Shown here: positions 1 through 12,548 of the stretch, piece by piece
How positions within the stretch are numbered: position 1 is the first letter of the stretch
Layout of the letters: the number at the start of each line of letters is the position of its first letter
NCBI RefSeq assembly: GCF_964204645.1
Contig: NC_134031.1
Location: forward strand, 1,984,001-2,048,000
Direction: 5' to 3'
Length of the DNA: 64,000 bases
From: Tubulanus polymorphus
Lineage: Eukaryota; Animalia; Nemertea
Notes under the pieces: model-generated
Seen by the model: the letters and a program-made list of their open reading frames with translations, nothing else
What the model was told of the DNA's origin: nothing
The model's database searches: none
Made by a program: the position numbers and the translations under genes

Positions 1-47
1 CTTGATTTTCCGATTTAAGACGGATTGAAAAATTGCCAAAAAACCAG

Positions 48-188
48 GGACTGGTTGCATAGTCGTCATGGGTTAGACTTAAGACCAGTCTCAGACCAAC
101 TTAGTTCTATAGCCAATCTAACAATCTAGGACCAGACTCAACATTTAAGACCACTTTTGGACTTAAGTCACGACTGTGCAACTGGCCG
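48..188. mobile_element. Harbinger-like MITE family A (internal gacttaagaccag subrepeats), copy 1
   Basis: Imperfect TIRs GGACTGGTTGCATAGTC / GACTGTGCAACTGGCCG, flanked by CAG on both sides. Recurs several times in the window. Confidence 0.75.
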
Positions 189-258
189 CAGGATTAAACC
201 GCTATAATCAAACTAACTAAACGAAAAATCGAGTTTTCCTTGAACTCGTGTAACCGAC

Positions 259-3200
259 CTGGCTTTCTGTAATTTCGCTTTGTGGTGTTGTTTTCGTTCT
301 TCGTAGCGTTTGAGCAAAGCGTCGAATCGATCCTGGACGGATGAATATTCGTGTTGTACTCGCGACAGCTCCCGGTGACTATACGTCAACTTATCGGTTA
401 ACAACTTCTTATTCGATTCACACGTGCATTGCTAAAATAAAGTGACCAAAAAATCAACTAATTGTCATATATGAATCAATATATGTCACTAGATTGAGAG
501 AGGCCAGCTGCCCTCATCACCAGGGACCGGTTGCATAGTCATGGCTTAGGCTTAAGACCAGTCTAAGACCAACTTTGTTCTATAGCCATTCTAACGACTT
601 ACGACCAGTCTTAAGATTTAAGACCACTTTTGGACTTAAGTCACGACTGTGCAACTGGCCCCAGGATCTGAACTTATGAACCCTGGATCAACAAGAAGCT
701 AGTGAAAGACCGACCGACTAACTGATCCCGAATTGACGAGCGTGCAGGAATCTCACTTACGGCATCTTGAGCAGTTTTTAAAGCGCGCTGCGAAGCGGCG
801 TTTTGATTTTCTAACTCGACGATGCTGTGCTGTAGATATTGATTCTGCGCTAGTAGGTGGCGCTCGTGCGTCTTTAATTGTTCCAACTCCGATTGCACGC
901 TGTCATCATCCTGCTTATCAATCATTCTACAAAACAAAAATCAAACATTCAGAAAACAGAAATCAATCATAGAACATTGAAATATTATAAATTATTGTGA
1001 AAATTAGAGAATTGTAGAATTCGGCACACCTCTCTAATGCACTACACATTTTTAGCAAAATAAGATTAGGCAAATTTATGTACAACTTCACCAATATTGT
1101 TTGTGCTCTTTGCCTTGTTTGCAAAGTGGCAGAAATTTCATTTATATGCAAAATCATCCTTGTGTTATACATGATGGTTATAATGCTATACTACCCGGGT
1201 ACCAAATTACAAGCATACATTATTATGAAACTAAAAATTACTCATTTGTTAGGAAATACCAAAGCCTTTAGAAGCATTAGCTTTTGATTTCTAAATCGAG
1301 GGCTAGTTCCGCAGGTCTAAATGGCTCTAAATGACTTCTTTTTCAATATTGGTAAAATCCTATCTCAAAACCGTGGAACTGGCTCCAGAAATGCTTAGTC
1401 CAGTATCATAAAGCTTGTAAATTTCATCAAAAATAAGAAGACTGTCATCAAAAACTAATGATAATTCAACCTAGAGTCTGTTAAACCTGCATTATTCTGT
1501 GAGATTATGATGTTTAATCAGGATTTCTCATAAGCTCAATGAATTTCTTAGATCCAAAATGTTCCGAATTAAACAGCTTTGACTCTATTTCTTATGACAA
1601 CAAAATTACGCACAACAATCAATGATTACTACGACTAATAATTTTACCTCTGTTCCTCAGCGTCGCTGTGTAAGACAAATATAAAATAACAATCAGATTA
1701 ATGAACCTGAAAGGCGCGATTCTGCTCTGTATTCTTTAAGGGAACTAGAAAATCTAGACTGTAAAAATTATCCGGATCCAACCCCAAAGTTTTGTCGTTT
1801 CCAAGACGCAAAAACTATCAAGCTCAGATCAGTCGTCACTATTTGAGTATCTCAATTTACTGAATCTATTTTGTCAGTCCCAGCCACGACGACTTTACAT
1901 GAGGCATGAAATTGACGGTAGTATTTTATTTGTAATGATGATATTTACGAACCTCTGTAATTTTTGCTCGTCTATCGACGCTTTAAGTCTCGCTATTTCA
2001 TCTTTGCTCAGTTGTAATTCAGTTTTCAGCGCATTGCCGTCGATCAGTTGTCTCTCTAATACCTGATACTGGTCACCGATCACGTCCAGTTCACTTTGCA
2101 GTTGTTTCACTCGATTTTCGGCCAATTGAAGTTTCAAATTCGTTTCGGAAAGCTGATTGTCCTTCGCGCTGATCGAGTCCGACTGCTGGTCGAGTTTAAT
2201 TTGCAACTGACTGCATTGTTGTTCTAGAGACACTATAATATTCGCTTTCTCATGTAATTGACTTAGCACCTGAAACATGTCCGTTGATCATTTACAGTTT
2301 TATACAATGCTTTATTTCTTGAATAAAGAAGTCAGATAGATAATGAGTTATCCCACAATCATGATATTTCAAAGTTGGTTAAACCAGGGAGGTGGGAGTG
2401 AACTCCCACCTCCCTGGTTAAACTAACAGTTTCCCCCCTATCACTTAATCCTAAAGGCAGGGCTTCAAAATTGAACTATCATTAACTTATACTCATCTAA
2501 ATTTGAATTCAAGTTTAATATACGTGGATATAGCTGTGGGCTACTAATTAAATATGAAATGCTTCATTCTTTTTGAAAATTATAAAGATACAAACAGTTT
2601 CTTAACCAAAACCCTACAATATACGCTGTAGTAAGATGCGAGCATGAAGTATCATTTCTGTACCTTATTGACTTCGATTTCTAATACTTTATTCCTGGCT
2701 TCGATATCGGCTCGTAAACCGCGTTCTCGTTCGAGCTGTGCCTCCGCACGCGATGTACCGCTATCCTGAACGTGTTTAATACGCAGCATCTCGTTCTGTC
2801 GTTCCTCCAGAAGCGACTGTAATTCCGCGTTCTCGCGGTACACTTGATTCAGATTCTCGCGCAACCGGTCGAGTTCTTTTCGATTCGCCGCCGCTTCGAG
2901 ATCGGTCTCCGCCGACGACGCGCCGTTCTGCGAATCTCGTGCACGGGAACTGGCCGCGAATGAAAGTAGCTTTTTTAATTCCTCATTGGTTGTTTCGAGA
3001 TCTCGAATGCGACCCTCGTCGAGGTCGGATTGTTTAAGTCGCTGTTCGAGGTTTCTTCGTTCGTCCACCTCTCGATCGAGTTGTATTTTCGTGTCGCTCA
3101 GAGAGATTTCAAGCCGAACAATTTTAGCTTTCAAATCCTTCAACAATATCAAAATACATCTAAACATTTCGCATTCACAACCGTACCACATCGGCAGAGA

Positions 3201-6200
3201 TGTAAACAGGGCGCCGCCATTTACAATTTCCCTGAGTTTTCCTTGATTTTTTCTATGTTATCACAAAAAAATTCCCTGATTGAATCCGAGAAATTTTGTC
3301 GCTCAAAATGTTACGATTTATTCATTTTTGATGAATCGCGTATTGCTCAAGAACCGTGTGTTCAATAGCGCATACCTAGGTTTTCTAGGTTTTTTGCAAA
3401 ATTTTTCAAATTCCCCGAGTCTTCCAGGTTTTCCAGGTCAATGATCACCCACCCTGTCTAAACCTACCGTTTCTGAAATAGCCTTCTCCTCTTCCAGTTT
3501 TTCGATATCGTCTTTTCTAGAATTCAATAATTCTCTCATTTCGTTCAATTCTGCTTTTAATACCTACAAATCATATATAAGTAAGAGAGGGTCGGTTTGA
3601 TAAACTGAAGGACTCTTGAGTCTGAATCAAGTTCCAAAGCTCGAATTTTTCGAACCCTAGATTTTAGTACTACAGTCAAACTATACACTGTAACCTTTAT
3701 TTCGCTCAATCTTTTTGGAACACAGATCTAAAAATTGGTCTTAATACGACTAGTGTGAATAAAAATTGGTTTTATCCACTTCTCAAGAACTTCTCTTAAA
3801 CTCTCAAGACTTAGCGATCTATTGTGGTATCTTTTTAGTTATCTGAAATAAATCATTCCACTTACTTTGACTTGTTCGTCGGGGGTTTCGTTTTCCAGCT
3901 CTTGGAACAGATCGATTTTCGATTCGAGCTCTTGTTTCTCGTAATTCAGATTATCGATGAAATTCTCGAGGTCGTGGATGTGAGATTGTAGCTGAACGGC
4001 GCTCGCCTGGTGGGCCACGTTTTCATCTCGAAGATTCTTTATCTGCCGAAACAAAAGAGAAGTAAATAAAGATTTTGATAGCAGCGCTCTTACAGATTGA
4101 GGCATTCAAAAATTCCTGATATTTGCCTGACCCTTAACCAGCCCTGATCAATGCCACTCGTCACCAGAAATTCAAATTCCCAGATTTTTCTCTGATTTTT
4201 GAGAAAAGGGTCAGAATTCCCTGATTCCAAAATAATTCCATGATTTTTCATTATATCGACAACTCGTTTATGTAACTTACGTTCTGAGATAATTCCATTT
4301 TCTCGTGGTCTAAAACTTCGATTCGATCGCGTAATTGATCGACAATCGGATCACTGTTTTTTTCACCAGAGGGCGCTGCTGCTGCTGCTGCTGTTTGAAT
4401 TTGATTTAACTGAAACAACATGATAAGAAAAAAAAATTCTTTTAAGTTAATACGAGTCTAGAATTTAAACTTAAAATAAAAATATGAAGTCACAAGAAAC
4501 ACGAATTTTCATAAAAAATTTACATTCTTTAGTAACCCCCCACAAGCTTGCGTTTCAACTTCTCAAGATACTTTTTCTAGAAAAATAGCATCGATTGGTT
4601 CCCAAAAGAAATGAATTAAAAGTCATATTGCTACGCGAGTAGGTTGATATCTATAACAGAAGTTTCAAATTCTAATTAAAAAAAGCAAAAACGTTTGAAA
4701 ACAAAGAAATTAAACTGCAGATAATCCTCACATGTTTCAAGTCCAAACCCGAAATGAAATGTTCTCTAAACATGAGAAGAGAATTCCATCTCCCCGGGGA
4801 CCGACAAGCTAGATCATCTACGTGTCGTGCATATACATTAAACAGCTATCAATCCCACAGAATCATTAACTATTCATAATATTGTACAAGACTTAATCAA
4901 CCGTGATAATTAAATACATTCATTGATCACGCGATCACAGATTCACAAACAATGTGACTCATAACCTTTCAACCTCTTTAACATCATTTCGGAGTGAAGT
5001 ACTAAAACCGTAAGTAACTGATCCAATTCTTAACAAGGGGCCGTAATTTTGTTGGTTTGAGCTTCAGCAGAAGACCAAGCCTCATGGAATCATGTTAATT
5101 AATCATGGAATCATGTTAATTAATCATGTTAATCATTGTTCTCTCATCTATTTTAGTCTCTCAACTTGTATTCACCATTGTTTTAATTTAAGTGCCCCCT
5201 AGTTTGTCTTTTTACTACTGATTTCAAGTTCTAATTTATATTTATACTCACTATTGTTGTTTATAATTACCCCTTAGTTTGCTTCCCTTTAATCTATTTT
5301 AGCCTGTAACTGTTTCTACGTTAATTTTCCTTTAGTTTGTATCATCTCTGATTACTTGAATTAGTCTCTTTGTCTCTGGATTGTATATATATCTCATAAT
5401 TTCTGTAGTATCTCATTATTCCTGAAGACGACTATTAGGATATAGTCGAAACGTTGAAATAAACTACTATCTCGAAGTTTCATTTTTGGACTTTTTCGTT
5501 ATAATTGTGGGATTCTCTCTACATCGCGTCAACATGGATATAGTGTTCTATCAATCGTAATCATGTTAAACTTTCAAAAAGATCCTAGATACGTATAATA
5601 AGACACTATCACTCTGACCAAGCATTGCGGGTCCAGTTCGACAGCTATACCCAGGTATATGTTATTTGACGCTAAATTCTAGTTAATTTATAATCACTTC
5701 AGATAATTCATAATCACTTTAACTTGAAAATCAAATTTCTCCCGTTACTGCCAAACTTGGGAGTGGTATCAATAAAATATAAATGTTACCTTTATTTGAA
5801 GATCGTTCAGGTGTTCTTCTAGTTTATCTTTCTCATCTAAAAGATCACTGATCTCCTCTTCATGTTGCTGTTCTAATTGAGCCTTGACCTGTAAACATAC
5901 AAATAATAAACTTACCAACAATCTACAGTCCTGTATACAGTGCAGGTATTGATATTCTATCAGTTGTACCAAAAATACATACTCTTTATATATATTTGAG
6001 TCTGTGGAACCAGGTCCTGGACTTTTTTAAGATTACCTGAAGTCTGCCACCCAGAGTTCTCCAAATAATATCATATCAAGAATTCTATTTTCAGTCTGTT
6101 GTGTTTCAATCATAATAATGACATAAAATAACTTGTCTTCCTATTTATTTTTTCTAATATTTTCCCTGTTGCCATACTGTCCTATCAGTCTCAATACTCC

Positions 6201-8133
6201 GAGTAACTGAATAACGGCTTTGGTGCGGTCATGTTTAAAATAGCAAAATAAAGAAATTCTCACCCTTTTCATCATATCTCGCTGCTGCATTAATTCCTCT
6301 TCGAAGTCCGCGCGCTCCTCGTCTGTGACCGCGCCCGTTTTAGCCGCCGGCGTCTCCGTACGACTGGCTCGTGATTGGTCCATTTCTAGCTCATCTAAAA
6401 GTCGCGCTCGCTCGACGAGCAGAAACGCTATTTGTTCGGTGGCAGATCCGTGAGCGATATCGGTTAAACCCTGCTGCAGTAACATATCGGTTGTCTCCTG
6501 CGTCGTGGAACCTGCTGAAATAAAGTAATCTTAAGTCTTGCGAAAGAGGGTTCACTTTTACATTTTACATTATACGTTTATTTTAACCCTTTAGTGCATC
6601 TACAGCGCACTGCGGTGTATTAATCGGTGAAGGACTTTGCTAGAGTACACAGCATTGCAGTGTATCCAAGTAATTAGTACAATGTAATTATTAATTTTAT
6701 ATCGATTGAAAGATGGCGGCATCTGTCAAAGATAGTGAAATATTCGCAACTAACGACACACCGCACTGCGGTGTAGAGACACTACAGCAGTATTCCCGTT
6801 ATACAACAAGGGGGGAAATTTGTCTTAATTATCAAATCATCTCCAGCACTGTTGAATATCACTTAGTCAGCACTGAAAGGGTTAAAGCCACAAGAATTCT
6901 TTTGTGAACACAGTCATACCCATAAGGCTCTGTTTGAGTTTATTGATTTCAGCTTTTAGTTGTTCGTTTTCTGCCTCGAATTCCAGCGTCAACGTTTCCC
7001 TCTCGTCCGATAAACTGCGTATGTGTTCCACGTAATTCTCGACCTCTTTCATTTCATCCGCTTGGTGCCCGCGAAGATTCTCGATACTGTCCAACGCATC
7101 CGATAAACTAGCCTAGTGTTCAATCAAATTATCATTAGAAATGTAACCACAAAAATTTTCAAGTGATAATCGTGGTTGAGAATCATTTCAACTTATATCG
7201 GACAGGTTGCGCCTGCAGATGATACTATTTCAACTTATCACAGAGCCCCCTATTCCAATTTATCCGACAGGTGGCGCCCCAAGTTGACACTATTTCAACT
7301 TATCAACCCCCTATTCCCCATACGCCCACCCAGATGGCACTATTTATTCTATATCTGACAGGTGGTGCCCCCAGGTGTCGTACCTGTGAATCGAGATAAA
7401 GACCCCATAAATGCATGAGTTTCTCTTTGTCATCAGCCTCGTCTTCGCAGCCGATCTCTTTCAATCGATCCATCATTTCGGCAAATTCATATTTCAATTC
7501 TTCTTCGAGCTCCTCCTGAAATAACAATCATTCCTACTTCCAACTGCGCGTAATGATTCAACCTTTGGCAGTTAAAGATCTACTGATCACTGGGGCAGCA
7601 GAAAATCTTATCGGGATACCTATTCCTTGCACTACTACTAGGCCCAACCATCGACTATAGCTAGCTAGGTCCTCCTGTACTACCTAAACCCCTGACCAAC
7701 ATCCTAGAATACGGTAGGCCTTCTCCTAAGCCTACTAGAGTTTTAGACTAGACCCTACGTGGCTCTATCCAAAAAATCTATCCGAAATTCACGCATTCGA
7801 CAAAAGTAAGCTCAAATGCCCAGTTTTTTTAAATAAACACTACAGAATGAATTAAATTGTTATTCCAAATACTACCAGCCCAGCACTCCAAAAGCAGCAC
7901 ACAGAGCCACAAGTCAACAAGGCCCTGACAAGGGAGGGAAAACATAAGCCATAAAAAAGGGAGGAAAGACATAAGCCATAAAAAAGGGAGGGAAGACATA
8001 AGCCATAAGGCATAAAAAAGGGCAAGGCCAAGATTAAGTCAAGAAAGGCCCCGGCCAAGCCCAAAAAGGCAAAAATTAATTAAAAATGTATGAGCACTAG
8101 TTTGTCATTAGTTACCAGTTTATTCTTCGCCAT
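259..8133 (-). CDS. CCDC30: CCDC30-like long coiled-coil protein, multi-exon, 3' end beyond left edge of window
   Basis: Exon 1 ATG GCG AAG AAT AAA CTG|gtaac at 8133-8116, then frame-consistent GT-AG exons near 7515-7385, 7112-6920, 6514-6264, 5888-5790, 4410-4281, 4042-3866, 3563-3468, 3140-2660, 2269-1953, 1665-1648, 926-761 and 431-259 (several boundaries approximate). Heptad-rich protein. The segment LWGLY...QADEMKEVENYVEHIRSLSDERETLTLEFEAENEQLK resembles the CCDC30 N-terminus as I recall it. Confidence 0.75.
524..661. mobile_element. MITE family A, copy 2
   Basis: Near-identical to 48-188, with CAG target duplication at 521-523 and 662-664. Confidence 0.8.
2385..2416. mobile_element. 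32-bp perfect palindrome with 7-bp TSD (collapsed P-like TIR element)
   Basis: GTTAAAC-[CAGGGAGGTGGGAGT-GA-ACTCCCACCTCCCTG]-GTTAAAC. Confidence 0.7.
5133..5557 (+). mobile_element. Penelope-like retroelement fragment carrying a hammerhead motif
   Basis: T-rich insert bounded by taatcatgttaa direct repeats (5121-5132, 5558-5569). Contains CTGAAGA…GAAACGTT. Shares ~85 bp with 11885-11970 (minus). Confidence 0.6.
5416..5462 (+). ncRNA. Minimal type-I hammerhead ribozyme motif (slightly degenerate)
   Basis: ttattc CTGAAGA c GACTAT-taggat-ATAGTC GAAA CG TT gaaataa. Confidence 0.6.
6587..6881. mobile_element. piggyBac-type MITE
   Basis: TTAA-[CCCTTTAGTGC…GCACTGAAAGGG]-TTAA with internal cactgcggtgta subrepeats. 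Confidence 0.8.
7186..7376. repeat. Degenerate minisatellite (atttcaacttatc…gacaggtggcgccc)
   Basis: Motif recurs 3-4 times in a CCDC30 intron. Confidence 0.6.
7930..8070. repeat. Purine-rich tandem repeat (aaaagggagggaagacataagccat, ~28 bp) in CCDC30 intron 1
   Basis: Three consecutive copies, then degenerate copies. Confidence 0.75.
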
Positions 8134-9443
8134 GTTGACAATTTCTATGCCGTATATGCATTGGAAATAGTTTCAGTTCATTCAAAACGGATTTTTAAGT
8201 CACCGACTGCAATAAAATAGCATGTTTAAACACGATTTAAATGCTGAAACAGCGCAAGGTACATCAATGATCCGCCATATTGTTTATATCAAAATCTTGA
8301 CAACCGGTACCCGATGTTTGGTTTTAATACGGTCCCGGTAAAGTAGACTGGTTGCCGGTCTCTATCTTTAGTGGGTTTCGAAAGCCGGTGCATTTAGCAA
8401 TCTGGTGCTTCAGATTTCCGATTTCAAAATTTAAAAAAAAGAAACGAAAACTTATCTTGTTTTAAGTTAAAAAATGTCTGTCCAGCTAACAACTTAAACT
8501 CGAAGCTCAGAACTAGTTCATTCAATTCAAACACAAAAGTAACTTTTCCAGTAAACAATAAAATGAGCTAGGCGAAAGCATTTACGTATTTCACAAACCT
8601 ATTAACAATATAGTGAAGTATAGTATACTATAGTATAGTATAGTATGATAAGACTTTCTGCTTCCAACAAGCCTATAACCATCACTCTACAAATATCTCA
8701 CAACGATATCGGCGTTTATTTACGGGAAATAGCTCAAAATGGAGGTGTACAGATTCTATGGTGGACAGCAAAAATGTCATTTTTTGAAGCGTGTTGGTTT
8801 CTTAGGCCGTGGCATTGACAGCAATCTGGTCGTAGAGATCAAGGGTATGTAAGGTATGAAAGCCTACGGTCTACGTTGATGGAATCTTGCGTATCAGAAG
8901 ACAGTGGTGTTAGGATGGCGTGTCAGGACTATTCCTGCATAATTAACTATTTCCATGTATTTACAATTGTTGTTGTGCTCAAACAATTATGTATAATTTC
9001 GAGCAATAAAATTTCAAACATCTCATGTTTTATCATTCTCCTCCGTCAATACATGTAGTTTGGTTTCGCAATATATCTCCGCATTATCGAGTGGACACAT
9101 GCCGTTATTACAGTGTCATCAGCGTTAATAGAGCAAGCTTAGCTTCACATTGAATCTAATCATTCATAAATTCAAGATTTGACACACGAGGAAAGTTTAA
9201 CGTGTGTTTTAGTTGAAAGAGTTTTTCCGCTAACAATAAAACGCGCACAGCGAGTTCCATAAAGATTCCACGCAGAAGTCGAGCATTATTTATCGTCACC
9301 ACATGATATATCGTAAAAATGCTAATAAGCCACCTGAAGAAAACTTGAATTGGAAATGTGTTTTTACAAGTCAATTGACAACTTAGTGTAGTGTAGAGAG
9401 TGACCTCAGTTCTAATAGTTTTTTACGGGTTGTTTGCAGCACG

Positions 9444-12400
9444 ATGGAAGTTGAAACCGTTTTGAACGATTTAGGGAAATATGGAAGATATCAGATATTT
9501 CAATTGTTTATTATCGAAATAATAGGTTTACCGGGGGCTATATCTACACTCGGTTTGATATTTCAAGGTAAACAGTGTCTCATTACATGTATTCCGAAAA
9601 GCATAAGACTAAACTTTCTTACGTAAATTGAAATTGAAATTGAAACTAACATTGAACGACACAATTAATAATAATAATTAGTTAATAATTACATATCAGG
9701 GAAACATATTGTTTCTATTTTTCAAAATTCAGGATGGACTCCAGAACATCATTGTAAACTGTCTACTGTGAATCAAACAGTGAACCAATCGATACCGTAT
9801 ACAACTAATGAGGATGGAGAAATAAAGCTCGATCAGTGTCGACAATTCAAGTCAATTACAGATAATACCACAGTCGCCTGTCAAAACGGTTACTATTATC
9901 AGTCACATGGTTATTACACTCTTACCGAACAGGTCAGTCAGTCACTCTGCATAAGATATTTATGATCAAATCACCAGGAAAATGATTGAATGGTTTTATC
10001 TATTTTCAGTTTTCGTGGGTTTGTGAATCCAGTCACATGAATGCTCTAGCGGTGACGATATTTTTTGGGGGTATTTTGGCCGGAAGTATAGTGGCGCCAC
10101 CTTGGTCGGATTACTTCGGAAGGAAAATTCCGTATATAGTCTGTTCTCTATTGCTCGCTGTTTCGATGTTTCTTCCTGTCATTTTTGTCAACCAAGCATT
10201 TTTCTTCGCAATGAAATTCTCCAGCGGGGTTTTCACTATTGTAAATATTTTCTATCATCGATGATGAACTAAAAGCCTAAAAATCATTGGATTCCTTGAA
10301 AAGTGTAATGATAAATTGCTATATAATAGGAAATTGATATGAGAAAGAAATTGAATAAACATCCGAATCTTATATAGAATTACAGTTTATCCCCGATATA
10401 CTGTCCTCCCATTTACCGCCATACTCTCTATACCACCTACGAGCTAGATTATTATATAGATTGAGGTTAGATAATTACTCTTAGATACCGCTAACATCGT
10501 TCTGCACCCATGTGGGCGGTATATCGGGGGATGACTCTATATATCTATAGAATTATAAGATAGAAAAACCATTTACGTGAGTTTCTGTTCCGTCCAGCTT
10601 TAGATACTTTGGTTGTTTCTTTTAGGGCGCGACCTTAACTGGTTATATTTTGGTTTGTGAATGGTTCCCGACCGATCAACGTTCATTCGCAAACGCATTT
10701 CACATGCTTTCATTTACAATGGGAATGCTTTTAACTGGAGTCTGCGGCTACTTTTTCACTCACTGGAAATACCTACAAATCGTCGCCGGTATCATTCCTT
10801 GTTTCGCCATTCTAGGAATTTGGTAAATAGATTTTTTAGATAACAAAGTATTGATTCGAAATCGGATATATTCATGAAATGATTTTGTAATTAGGTTTTA
10901 CGATGAATCTGTGTCGTGGCTCATCGCTAATTCCAGACCCGAAGAAGCGATCAGAATTTTGAAAAAAGCTGCGAAATTCAACAAACGCTCGCTATCACCA
11001 GCCGTTATTTCTGCCATAAGAAAAACTACAGAATCCACAAAAAAAGGTGAACAATGTTGACTAACTGGATCATTCATAAGAAAATTATATTCATCTTTAT
11101 GCTATCATTTGTTCCCTACTCTTGCATAGCTAGAAATAAGTCGATTGAGATATAGATCATAATGTTATGAGAATTGAATGGTCAGTGACCCGATGAATAG
11201 TTTACGTAGATCCAAATCGATTGCTCTTAATGATTTTTTATCCTTTTTCATACATAAAATTTAGATGAAATATCAGTTGTGGACAGAGTAAGGCTAGTGT
11301 TACGAGATATGGTCGGCTGTGCAAAGGGTAGTGAAAATTCGGACGATGAAACGATTGGAATTTTGCAGATTCTCAAACATCCAAAACTGCGTCTATACAC
11401 GATACTAGAAGCTATTATCTGGTACGCATTATGAATGCATATGATATCTATTGTTGGTAGGAAGTATTTATCGTATTTTCTATAAGTTTATTTTTTTTCG
11501 CAGGTCTTTTACAAGTCTAACTTATTACGGGTTGACATTGAGTACGACAGTAATGGCTGGAGGTCGATTTGCTAATTATTTTTTGGCCGCTGCTATTGAA
11601 ATACCAAGTTACCTTGCGATGCACTTTGTACTACAATTGTAATGTTTAATCACCAAAAACTGCGTTAATCAAATACTGTATTTGAATTATGCTCGGTACA
11701 TGCTTATATGTATTTTTCAGTGTTGGAAGACGAGTATTTTTGATGTGGCTTTATGCTATAACCGGTCTAGTTTTGGTAGCTGCGACGTTTTGTCCACAAA
11801 GTGTCGGTAAGTATAATACATGTATAAACATGTAGAGAGAATCCCACAATAATAACGAAAAAACAGTCCGAAAATGTAACTGAAGCTGGTAGTTTATTCT
11901 ACGTTTCGACTATAATCTAATAGTCATCCTCAGGAATAATGAAATACAACAGAAATTATGAGATAAATATGTATTACAGGAAAATTTCTAGAAACATCAT
12001 GTAACGTTGAATCTTGTGTTTCTAGGAGAAACGAATTTGGTTCCGTTGATTATGACGTTTAATACGGCAGGAAAATTCTGCTGTACTGCAGCTTTTGGTA
12101 TCATTTATATCCATACCAGTGAACTTTACCCGACTAACTTCAGGTGAGATTCCCGTTAAATAACTTAAAGAGAAAGTTGTTTTCCCTTTACTCACTGTAT
12201 TATCTATTTCACAGAAACCGTGGCGTGGGTATTGCTTCAGCGTTTGCCCGAGTTGGTTCGATGACAGCACCATTCGCCGCTTATTTGGTAGGTTTTCAAT
12301 CTCGTTAATTTTCAACCTTGTCACTTGTTTAACATTTCAACATTACGATTGAATTGTTTCAGGCTCAATTTATATCCTGGTTGCCGGGCGTGATTCTCGG

Positions 12401-12548
12401 GTGTATTGGACTGGTTACCGCTTTACTGATGATACCCTTACCGGAAACTAGGGGTGTACCGATGCCTCAAACTATCAGCGATATCGACCGACCTAAAAGC
12501 AATTTAAACCAAACTTCAGATGAAAATGAACTAGGACAAATTATATAA
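9444..12548 (+). CDS. SLC22-family organic cation/anion transporter (MFS), 11 coding exons
   Basis: MEVETVLNDLGKYGRYQ start, Cys-rich extracellular loop (EHHC...QCRQF...CQNGYYY...WVC), SDYFGRK, EWFP, ESVSWL, YYGL, ELYPTNFR and LPETRG motifs typical of SLC22. Exons approx 9444-9568, 9733-9931, 10010-10240, 10626-10822, 10895-11046, 11264-11421, 11503-11638, 11721-11806, 12025-12143, 12214-12287, 12363-12548. Confidence 0.93.
10383..10537. mobile_element. Tc1/mariner-like MITE
   Basis: TA-cagtttatccccgatatactgtcc … gggcggtatatcgggggatgactc-TA imperfect TIRs. Confidence 0.6.
11894..11939 (-). ncRNA. Minimal type-I hammerhead ribozyme motif
   Basis: Minus strand: TTATTC CTGAGGA t GACTAT-tagatt-ATAGTC GAAA CG TA GAATAA. 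Perfect 6-bp stem I, 6-bp stem II, GUA cleavage triplet. Confidence 0.7.

Noticed and set aside
4966-5001. Possible 36-nt cassette exon in CCDC30 (ag…gt bounded)
   Set aside because: Flanking exons are phase 0 and that frame contains stop codons. No other support.
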